Below are positions 49,021 to 56,333 of a DNA stretch of 64,000 bases, one piece after another. The translations under genes were made by a program, and so were the position numbers. Numbering within the stretch: position 1 is the first letter of the stretch; each line of letters starts with the position of its first letter. The DNA is from Xanthobacteraceae bacterium (GTDB lineage: Bacteria > Pseudomonadota > Alphaproteobacteria > Rhizobiales > Xanthobacteraceae), in the NCBI GenBank assembly GCA_022844485.1, contig JALHLQ010000003.1:41921-105920 (forward strand). The letters are read 5' to 3'. Under the pieces are notes generated by a model. That model saw only the letters and a list, made by a program, of their open reading frames with translations. It ran no database searches and was not told where the DNA came from.

Positions 49021-50055
49021 ATGACGCGCCCCTTTCCCCTGATCCTCCCCTTTGGCGGCATGCATCCGAAACTGGCCGGCGCGATAGCGCATGCCGGCGA
49101 GGGCTCCGCCGTTCTCGGGCGGGCGACGCTCGGCTGGAATGCCTGGCTCGGACCGCTCGCGGTCATCCGGGCCGACGGTCACTATGTCGAAATCGGGGAC
49201 GATTTCCATCTTGGGCCGCGCTCGACGGTGCACATCGCCCACGACGTCTATCCGACCATCATAGGCGACCGCGTCAGCGTCGGCGTGAACGCCTGCGTGC
49301 ATGCCTGCACGGTGGGCAGCGATGTCGTCATCGAGGACGGCTCGGTGATCCTCGACGGTTCGATCGTCGAGGACGAGGTCGTGCTCGAGCCGGGAACCTT
49401 CGCCTTTCCGCGCGCCCGATTGCAGCGCGGGCATGTCTATGCCGGCGCGCCGGCCAAGCCGGTGCGCACCGTCGCGCCGGGCGAGATCGCCGAGCGGCGC
49501 GAGGCGATGCGCGAGCGGCACGCAAACAGCCTGCCCGAAATCCAGGCCCGGTCCTTCGGCCCGCGAACGCTCGACGCGACGAGCTTCATCGCCAGCACTG
49601 CGCGCGTGCGCGGGGCGCTCGTCATGGCGCCGATGTCGAGCATCTTCTTCAGCAATGATTTCGACGCCGGAGCAGGCACGATCACGCTGGGCGAGAACAC
49701 GAACGTGCAGGACAACACGATCATCCGCTGCACGGGGGCAGGCGTCACGATCGGGCGCGACACGACGGTCGGCCACAATGTCTTTCTCGAGGATTGCACG
49801 ATCGGCGAGGAATCGCTGATCGGGATCCGCAGCTTCGTCGCCAGAGGGACGGTGGTGGAGGACCATGTGCTGCTTGCAGCCGGCGCGCGAACCGAGCCCG
49901 GGCAGGTGCTCGAGAGCGGCTGGCTCTATGCGAGATCGCCAGCGCGAAAGCTGGCGCCGCTCGACGCCGGCAAGTGCGAGATGATCAAATTCATCATCTG
50001 GACCTATTGCCAATACAATCGCGACTTCAGCGCGGCCGAAAAAGTCAGAGCATGA
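49021..50055 (+). CDS. Tandem gamma-carbonic-anhydrase/PaaY-like left-handed beta-helix protein (two domains)
   Basis: Two hexapeptide-repeat units, one with IRAD..STVH..ACVH..GAPAKPVR and one with NVQD..VGHN..SPARKL. Confidence 0.85.
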   Translation: MTRPFPLILPFGGMHPKLAGAIAHAGEGSAVLGRATLGWNAWLGPLAVIRADGHYVEIGDDFHLGPRSTVHIAHDVYPTIIGDRVSVGVNACVHACTVGSDVVIEDGSVILDGSIVEDEVVLEPGTFAFPRARLQRGHVYAGAPAKPVRTVAPGEIAERREAMRERHANSLPEIQARSFGPRTLDATSFIASTARVRGALVMAPMSSIFFSNDFDAGAGTITLGENTNVQDNTIIRCTGAGVTIGRDTTVGHNVFLEDCTIGEESLIGIRSFVARGTVVEDHVLLAAGARTEPGQVLESGWLYARSPARKLAPLDAGKCEMIKFIIWTYCQYNRDFSAAEKVRA

Positions 50056-50208
50056 TCCCGAAAAGTGGGACCCGGTTTTCGGACAAGATCATGCTCGAAC
50101 AAAGAGCATGATCCCGAAAAGTGGGAGCCGGTTTTCGGACAAGATCATGCTCGAACAAAGAGCATGATCCCGAAAAGTGGGAGCCGGTTTTCGGACAGGA
50201 TCATGCTC
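50047..50208. repeat. REP/RIME-like palindromic element, three tandem copies (56-bp period)
   Basis: AGAGCATGATCCCGAAAAGTGGGA(C/G)CCGGTTTTCGGACA(A/G)GATCATGCTC at 50047, 50103 and 50159. Confidence 0.93.
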
Positions 50209-50242
50209 AGACAGCAAGCTCGCGTGCGAACACGCGACAGGC

Positions 50243-50452
50243 TCAGTCCTCGTACTTGAAGGACACCTTCAGTTTGGTCCTGAAGGCCTCGACTTTGCCG
50301 CCATTGATGACGATGTCCTGGTCCACGACTTCCGCCACGCGCAGGTCTCGCAACGATTTCGAGGCTGTTTCGACGGCGATTTTCGCCGCCTTCTCCCACG
50401 ATTCAGAGCTCGTTCCCACGACTTCGACCACTTTGTAGACGCTCTCGGGCAT
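50243..50452 (-). CDS. Dodecin family protein
   Basis: MPESVYKVVEVVGTSSESWEKAA...KLKVSFKYE, 69 aa. Confidence 0.93.
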   Translation of the reverse strand: MPESVYKVVEVVGTSSESWEKAAKIAVETASKSLRDLRVAEVVDQDIVINGGKVEAFRTKLKVSFKYED

Positions 50453-50542
50453 GGCTCGTTCCTCCATTGCTGCGGTCGCCTGGGCGGCGCCGAGCAAGGA
50501 GGCCAGTCTAGAACGCTCGCCCAAGGGCGGCAACGCGCGAAC

Positions 50543-51283
50543 TCAAGGCGCGCACTCAGGCGGCAACTCTCCACGCTTCTGCAAACGCGTCACCCAGTAT
50601 TCCCAGGCGCGCGGCAGCATTTTGGCGTGCGCGGCGGCCGCGCGCTCGATCTCGCCCGGGCTTAAGGGCGAGACGATCCCGTGCGCCTGGGCCTGCGTCT
50701 GGAACTCCGCGTTGCGCGCGGAATAGACCGATCGGAATACGAGTTCGGCGAGGCTTGTTCCGACGACGGTCGCCCCATGGCGCCGCATGAGGACGATCGC
50801 CTGTTGGCCGAGAGCGCGCGCGAGCGACAGGCCCTCTTCGGGCTTGGCGACCAGAAGGTTGGTGTCGCCGAAATCGTCGCGGCTGTCCCAGAACGGCGCC
50901 TCGCGCCCGATGGCGGCACCGAGAAGAAACACCGGCACGAGCGGCGTTCCGCTGATCGTGTACGGCATGATCGCCGGAGCGTGATGATGGCACACGGCCT
51001 GCACATCCGGCCGCAGCCGATAGATGCAGCCGTGGATCACCCGCTCGGCGTAAAGACGCGCATCCGTCGCCGCGACCGGCTCTGAATCGAGCGTGAATTC
51101 GATGACGTCGTCGGCTTCGACGAGTTCCGGCGCGCGCGAGCGGGAGAGGAGATACCGCGAGGCGTCATGGGGGTGGCGCGCGCTCACATGGCCGAACGTG
51201 TCGAGCAGTCCCTCTTGCGCCAGAATGCGGTTGGCGATGGCGATATCGCGGCGCAATGATCGAAGCGCGTCAGGCACGCTCAA
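50543..51283 (-). CDS. Class II aldolase/adducin family protein
   Basis: FGHVSARHP, AERVIHGCIYRLRPDVQAVCHHH, LMRRHG; start TTG 51283 or GTG 51277. Confidence 0.9.
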   Translation of the reverse strand: MSVPDALRSLRRDIAIANRILAQEGLLDTFGHVSARHPHDASRYLLSRSRAPELVEADDVIEFTLDSEPVAATDARLYAERVIHGCIYRLRPDVQAVCHHHAPAIMPYTISGTPLVPVFLLGAAIGREAPFWDSRDDFGDTNLLVAKPEEGLSLARALGQQAIVLMRRHGATVVGTSLAELVFRSVYSARNAEFQTQAQAHGIVSPLSPGEIERAAAAHAKMLPRAWEYWVTRLQKRGELPPECAP

Positions 51284-51378
51284 CCCCCCTTGCCTCAAGC
51301 CCGCATGCTGCTGGCGCGTGGCCGCTCTAGCCGCTTGAGGCGATGCGTACAATAGCGAAAGTGGCTGATCACGGGTCG

Positions 51379-51403
51379 TGAACCGTCCGGCCCTGCCCGC
51401 GTT
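51379..51403 (+). promoter_or_regulatory. Putative EcfG (sigmaT/RpoE2) promoter
   Basis: TGAAC-N16-CGTT upstream of the DUF3008 gene. Confidence 0.5.
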
Positions 51404-51434
51404 GAGTATCGGATCAATTGCGCAGGAGCGTCCC

Positions 51435-51626
51435 ATGGCAAAGGCGACCTCGAAGAAACAACAGATGGCTGCGGGCGCGGCCTTGTCCGCCAAACGGGGC
51501 AAGCGGCCCAAATCGAGCCTCAAAGGCGCATCGCGTCAGATGGCCGACTCGATGAGCGAGAGCGAGCTCGAGAACATGGCGAGCGTCAAACGCAGGAAGC
51601 TGCCGGCGCGGCGGACTCGGAACTGA
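51435..51626 (+). CDS. DUF3008 family small protein
   Basis: ATSKKQQMAAGAALSAKRG..LKGASRQMADSMSESELENMAS..RRKLP. Confidence 0.88.
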   Translation: MAKATSKKQQMAAGAALSAKRGKRPKSSLKGASRQMADSMSESELENMASVKRRKLPARRTRN

Positions 51627-51648
51627 CGTCGTCCTCGCTTCGAACCCA

Positions 51649-51674
51649 GGAACCTTCCCATCCGCCAGCGCGTT
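51649..51674 (+). promoter_or_regulatory. Putative EcfG (sigmaT/RpoE2) promoter
   Basis: GGAAC-N17-CGTT upstream of the ferritin-like gene. Confidence 0.65.
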
Positions 51675-51723
51675 GCGACGGCGACGGACGAGAGGGCTCG
51701 TCCCATTCAATTGGAGATGTTCC

Positions 51724-52233
51724 ATGGCCAGTGCGGAAGAACGATTGATGGAGTGGCTGCGTGATGCGCATGCGGCTGAACAGCAGGCGGAAACCATGCT
51801 GAGCGGGACTGCGCAGCGGCTCGAGAACTATCCCGAGCTTCGCTCCCGGCTCGAGCAGCACATGCGAGAGACGCAGCGGCAAGCCGAACTCATCCGCGGC
51901 TGCATCGAGCGCCGCGGCGGCGGCACCTCCTTGATCAAAGACACCGGAGGCAAATTGATGGCCATGGGTCAGGCGATGAGCGGCTTGTTTGTCGGCGATG
52001 AAGTGATGAAGGCCTCCATCGCCAGCTACGCGTTCGAAGCGATGGAGATCGCCTCCTATCGCACCCTGATTGCGACGGCCGACATGGTCGGGGACCAAGA
52101 GACCAAGCGCGTGTGTGAGCAGATTCTGCACGAGGAAGAGGCGATGGCCGACTGGCTCGAGCAGAACTTGCCGACGCTGACCCAGAAATACCTTCGCCTT
52201 GAGGAGACCCCAGGCGCCACCGCCAAACATTGA
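51724..52233 (+). CDS. Ferritin-like DUF892 (YciE/YciF) protein
   Basis: WLRDAHAAEQQAE, HMRET, FEAMEIASY, ILHEEEAMADWL. Confidence 0.92.
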   Translation: MASAEERLMEWLRDAHAAEQQAETMLSGTAQRLENYPELRSRLEQHMRETQRQAELIRGCIERRGGGTSLIKDTGGKLMAMGQAMSGLFVGDEVMKASIASYAFEAMEIASYRTLIATADMVGDQETKRVCEQILHEEEAMADWLEQNLPTLTQKYLRLEETPGATAKH

Positions 52234-52377
52234 GCGTCGAACGAGGGCAGGCGCGAGCCTTCCCTCTGCGCTCCAGCAGCTCGTCAAAGACGCAAAGCGA
52301 GAAGATGGGGCGCGGCGCGCCCGCGCGGCGGCGGGGCGGCTGAGGCAGTTCGCGTCTTCAGGCCGGACGCCTCAGGC

Positions 52378-53934
52378 CTACTGCGACTCTTGTTCTTTCT
52401 TCTCGGCGCGTTCCATCGACCACTTCACGCGCTGCGCGATGAATTCGGCGAAGGGACGAATGTCAGCTTTGGTGCTCGCACTCTCCAGCCCCTGCATGTA
52501 GCCGGTGCGGTCTTCAACGCGAATGACCGTCCAGGGATAGCCGCCTGAAGCCAGCATCGCATTCATCAAAAACCGCGCCATGCGACCATTCCCGTCTGGA
52601 TAAGGATGGACGTAGGCGAGTAGCCAATGGCCCAGCACGATGCGGACCGCAGGCTCCCTCTCGGCCTCTAGGAGATCAAAGAGCGTATTCATTGCGTCGG
52701 ACACGGTTTCCCAACGAGGCGGAACATGCCGGGAGCCTTGCAAATAGACAGGATGATTGCGGTAACCCGCGAGGGCCGTGGCCTTGATCAGACCCGCTGC
52801 GACACAAGGCTGAAATAGCTCGCGATACCAACCGCGATGGACTGTACGCACAAGCTTGGCCGCATCGGTCCCGGCGATGATTTTTTCGATGGCTATTCTT
52901 ACTTCTTGAAAGGCTTGCCAATATCCACGCGCGGCTAGCGCATCCCGACTCTGGCGATCAGCATCGTGCGTATCCGGGCTCCAGTCACCCGCGCGTACGC
53001 GCTCGATCAGTTCAGGCGCGACCCGATAGCCTTCAATCGAGAGCGAGTGATAGGCATCGTTCTGATAGATGTCGTCGACGAATTCCAGATAGGGCTTGGG
53101 GTTCGGCTTGCCGGGTGGTTTTGGGAAGACCTCCAGGATCGGTTCACGCATCGCGCTCCACAGCGCCCGAAGGCGGCCAACGATTGGCGCGACGCCGGTC
53201 TGAACCGAACCAAAGGTCTGCTCTTTGGCAAAAGGATCGGACTCGCGCACTTCATGTCCGGCCGCCTTCATGGACTTGAGGATTTCGTCGGCGATTTCAG
53301 GTCGTCCGACGCGGCGGAATGCGCCCGCCAGCCGTCCAGCAACGACGGTGTGGCCGCCTTCGAGCAAGGGCGCGAGAACCTCCGAGGCGTCACGAATACG
53401 AGCCAAAACGATTTGTGTCTCAAGCGGACGACGGATCAGAAAATCCTCGGGCACCTTCACGAGCGCCATCGCTGGCGTTAAGAGACGAAGATTGTCCTTC
53501 ACGACCAGATCAGATTCGCGCGGCATAGCCGGTTGTTTCAGGTCGTAGAGCGACGTGCCGAACAGAAGCTTGATGTTGTTGTTGGTGCCCTTAGGCGCGT
53601 AGATCACGACTTGGCTTGGGATGACTGTGCCTTCGGCGTGGAGAAGAAGCGATTGCTCGGGCGAGAGATGCCAGTCGCGACCGAAGCGATTTTCGCAATA
53701 GCGCGCGCAGAACTCCCAGAATGAGGCAGACCAAGGCGTGGTATCGCCCGAAGTGGAACGGGGGCTGGTCGAGATCAGCCAGCCTTTGATCACCTCGCGC
53801 AAGAAGCCTTGAGCGAGCAGCCTCTCACGATCAGTGCGGCTAAGTTCATCCGACTGAAGGACGCGACGTCCGTCCGCCTGCAATTGCTTGAGCTTGTCCA
53901 GCGAGGTCGCAAGCTTCTCATGGATGCTAGGCAA
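52378..53934 (-). CDS. Large Fic-domain protein
   Basis: HPYPDGNGRMAR Fic motif, YHSLSIEG motif; TTG start assumed. Confidence 0.92.
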   Translation of the reverse strand: MPSIHEKLATSLDKLKQLQADGRRVLQSDELSRTDRERLLAQGFLREVIKGWLISTSPRSTSGDTTPWSASFWEFCARYCENRFGRDWHLSPEQSLLLHAEGTVIPSQVVIYAPKGTNNNIKLLFGTSLYDLKQPAMPRESDLVVKDNLRLLTPAMALVKVPEDFLIRRPLETQIVLARIRDASEVLAPLLEGGHTVVAGRLAGAFRRVGRPEIADEILKSMKAAGHEVRESDPFAKEQTFGSVQTGVAPIVGRLRALWSAMREPILEVFPKPPGKPNPKPYLEFVDDIYQNDAYHSLSIEGYRVAPELIERVRAGDWSPDTHDADRQSRDALAARGYWQAFQEVRIAIEKIIAGTDAAKLVRTVHRGWYRELFQPCVAAGLIKATALAGYRNHPVYLQGSRHVPPRWETVSDAMNTLFDLLEAEREPAVRIVLGHWLLAYVHPYPDGNGRMARFLMNAMLASGGYPWTVIRVEDRTGYMQGLESASTKADIRPFAEFIAQRVKWSMERAEKKEQESQ

Positions 53935-53955
53935 CGGGTGGCTCCCTGTGCGAAC

Positions 53956-54033
53956 ACAAGTATATGATGCTGTATTATTACAAGTAAATAATGCTGTATA
54001 ATTACAAGTCAATTATGTTGCATAATTACAAGT
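53956..54033. repeat. AT-rich 24-bp-period direct repeat array (4 ACAAGT cores)
   Basis: ACAAGT at 53956, 53980, 54004, 54028; units ATGCTGTATTATTACAAGT / ATGCTGTATAATTACAAGT / ATGTTGCATAATTACAAGT. Confidence 0.9.
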
Positions 54034-54135
54034 ATTTGACGCGACATGCAACCGACCGAGATTCGATGCCTCGGCGCGAGTTCGATAGCGAACGCCGCGG
54101 CCGGCCGAGCTCTATCCGAGCTCTAATCCTGGCCT

Positions 54136-54414
54136 GCCCAAAATATCCCTTCCACGACCGCGATATCTTGGTCACCGCCTGCGGCCGCATCTGCATGCAC
54201 AAGAAGAAAATCAACATCTCGACCGTGCTCGCCGGCCAGAAGCTCGGCATCAAGGAAGTCGACGACGGCATTTGGCTCGTCAGCTTCATGCGCTACGATC
54301 TCGGCTACATCGATCTGGAGCAGAGAACCTTGCAGACCATCGACAATCCGTTCGGCACGAGATTGTCACCCATGTCTTAGGTACAATCTGTCACCCATGT
54401 CTCCGGGTCGGACA
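54136..54414 (+). mobile_element. IS481-family transposase C-terminal fragment with right end
   Basis: YPFHDRDILVTACGRICMHKKKINISTVLAGQKLGIKEVDDGIWLVSFMRYDLGYIDLE; two TGTCACCCATGTCT repeats; end in ...GGACA. Confidence 0.85.
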
Positions 54415-54425
54415 CACGAGCCGCC

Positions 54426-54501
54426 TGGTGCCGCAAGAGGGATTCGAACCCCCGACCCCATCATTACGAATGATGTGCTCTACCAGCTGAGCTATTGCGG
54501 C
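54426..54501 (-). tRNA. tRNA-Thr (anticodon CGT)
   Basis: GCCGCAA acceptor stem, CATCA-TTCGTAA-TGATG anticodon arm, GTTCGAATC T-loop, encoded CCA. Confidence 0.96.
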
Positions 54502-54698
54502 TTGCCCTTCCTGTAATGGGCAGGGCTCGGTTCCGCAAGGTGGCGCAAGCGGATTGCGAAACCGTTACAGCGATCGATCCCGAACGTGCAGGGCGCCGTC
54601 GGAGTGGATTTGATATTCGCGACGTCAACGGGCGGCAAACTCACAAAGCGAATGGTGGAGTCGGGATCCAACCGGTATCCGCTTGGCCGGACAATGCT

Positions 54699-56327
54699 CT
54701 AGCGAAACACCGAGCGCAGTCGCCGCCAGCCGGCTCGATGCGGAGGCGGCGGATCGAACACAAAATCTACTTCATCATCCGGCCCGGGGTCGTCGGGAGC
54801 ATGAACGAGCGGGATCACCGGCTCCGCGACGGGCTTGAGCGAGGGCGGCCGCGACGGCGCGGCTTCGCTGCTTGGCAGGTTGACCAGGGCGGAGGCCGGC
54901 TCTGGGCCTCGCGCGGCCAAAGGCCCGCTATCGTTGACCGCAGCCTTTGATTCGATCCCGGGCGTTCCGGCTTCAGGCCCCAGCGGCGCGCTGTGCGTGA
55001 GTTCCGCAAGCGGCGTCTTCCACTCGAAGGCATCGAGCCGACCGGTGACCGGCGATGCCGGCATCCAGCGATCGGAGACGTAGCCGTCGGCGGTCCAGGC
55101 TGGATCGCGCGGTGCGCGCAGCGCGCGCGTCATCCATTCCCGCGCGCGCCCCTCGTCGCCATGCTCGCGCTCCTCGAGCTCGGCCATGAGCATGAGCACG
55201 CGCTGGGTCGGTCCGGAGCCGGCCGCCCCTTCGCCGTCCGCCGCCGCGAACGATTTGGGAGCGTAGAGCAGGGTCTCGAGCGTCCGTCGCGCGAGCGCGA
55301 ATTCGCCGGCGTCGATCGCCGCGCGCGAAAGCGCAATCTGGCCTTCGATGTGCCCCGGCCGGAGCGCGGCGAGCTTCTGCATGCGCTGCAGCCGGTCACG
55401 CGCGCTGTCGCCAAACCGGAGATAGGCGTAGGCGTCGGCCAGTTCGGGATGAGGACCGGCCTTCCACGCTTTTTCGATGATCCGGGCCGCGCGGCGTGTT
55501 TCGCCGGCGTCCGACACAAACCGCGACGCAAGGACCGCTGCCGGAACAAGTTCGGGCGCGAGCGTCACCGCTTCAAGCACGAGCGCCTTTGCCGTCTCGC
55601 GATCATGCTCCTCGGCCGCCAGCGCCTGGGCCGTGAGCAGAACCGCGCGCTGGCGGCGGTAGGCTTTCTTGTCGATCAGGCGGTTGGAAAGGTTGGCTTC
55701 GATCACGCGCAGCGCGCCGTCGAAGTCACCGGCCGCGCAGCGATACTCGAGCGTCGCTTTGGCCGCCCAGGACAAAGTTGGCGCGGTCTTGGCGGCTTCC
55801 TCGGCAAACAGGCGCGCGGCTTTGGCGTCGTCATGACGTTGCGCCTCGATGTAGAGGCCGCGCAGCCCCAGGAGTTTTGTGTCGCTGCGCTCGGCCATGG
55901 CGCGGAAAGCCGCTTCCGCGCTGGCGCGATCGCCCGAGAGCTGCGCCGTTTGCGCGCGCAGCAGCAGCGTCAGCGGTTCGGACGATGCGTAGCGCTCGGC
56001 TTCGGCCCGATGCCGCTGGGCCGTTCGCGCATCGCCGGCGCCGATCGCGATGAGCCCGTGCGAAATGGCGCGCAGCCCTTTCTCGCGCCTTCGACGGCGC
56101 GTTGCGTCGGCCACGATCTTGGGCGAGCGCCAAAGCGTCCGGATCAACGCCCAGAACAGCATGGCGAAGGCAAGAAGCGCGGCCATGGCGGCGATGGCCA
56201 CCGCGACCGACGTTTCGATCTGATAACCGAGCCAGGTGACCGACACTTCGCCGGGACGGTCGGCGAGCCAGGCGACCCCCAGCGCGAGGAGTCCGACAAA
56301 CGCAATGAAGAGGACGACGCGGATCAT
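54699..56327 (-). CDS. hemY: HemY-like TPR membrane protein
   Basis: WLADRPGEVSVTWLGYQIETS, GLIAIGAGD, WTADGYVSDRWMPASPVTGRLDAFEWK. Confidence 0.92.
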   Translation of the reverse strand: MIRVVLFIAFVGLLALGVAWLADRPGEVSVTWLGYQIETSVAVAIAAMAALLAFAMLFWALIRTLWRSPKIVADATRRRRREKGLRAISHGLIAIGAGDARTAQRHRAEAERYASSEPLTLLLRAQTAQLSGDRASAEAAFRAMAERSDTKLLGLRGLYIEAQRHDDAKAARLFAEEAAKTAPTLSWAAKATLEYRCAAGDFDGALRVIEANLSNRLIDKKAYRRQRAVLLTAQALAAEEHDRETAKALVLEAVTLAPELVPAAVLASRFVSDAGETRRAARIIEKAWKAGPHPELADAYAYLRFGDSARDRLQRMQKLAALRPGHIEGQIALSRAAIDAGEFALARRTLETLLYAPKSFAAADGEGAAGSGPTQRVLMLMAELEEREHGDEGRAREWMTRALRAPRDPAWTADGYVSDRWMPASPVTGRLDAFEWKTPLAELTHSAPLGPEAGTPGIESKAAVNDSGPLAARGPEPASALVNLPSSEAAPSRPPSLKPVAEPVIPLVHAPDDPGPDDEVDFVFDPPPPHRAGWRRLRSVFR

Positions 56328-56333
56328 GCTGCC

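Noticed and set aside
50047..50208. Tandem 55-56-bp repeats (also 37417-37543) as a CRISPR array
   Set aside because: No unique spacers, units are long palindromes dispersed at several loci, and no cas genes are present
51636..51650. TTCGAACCC as attL copy of the tRNA-Thr 3' end
   Set aside because: Only about 9 bp match and flanks do not continue the tRNA sequence
53956..54033. 24-bp array as a mini-CRISPR
   Set aside because: Variable part is only about 5 bp, far too short for spacers
53991..54380. 129-aa ORF as an intact gene
   Set aside because: N-terminus is translated repeat DNA; only the C-terminal part matches a transposase tail
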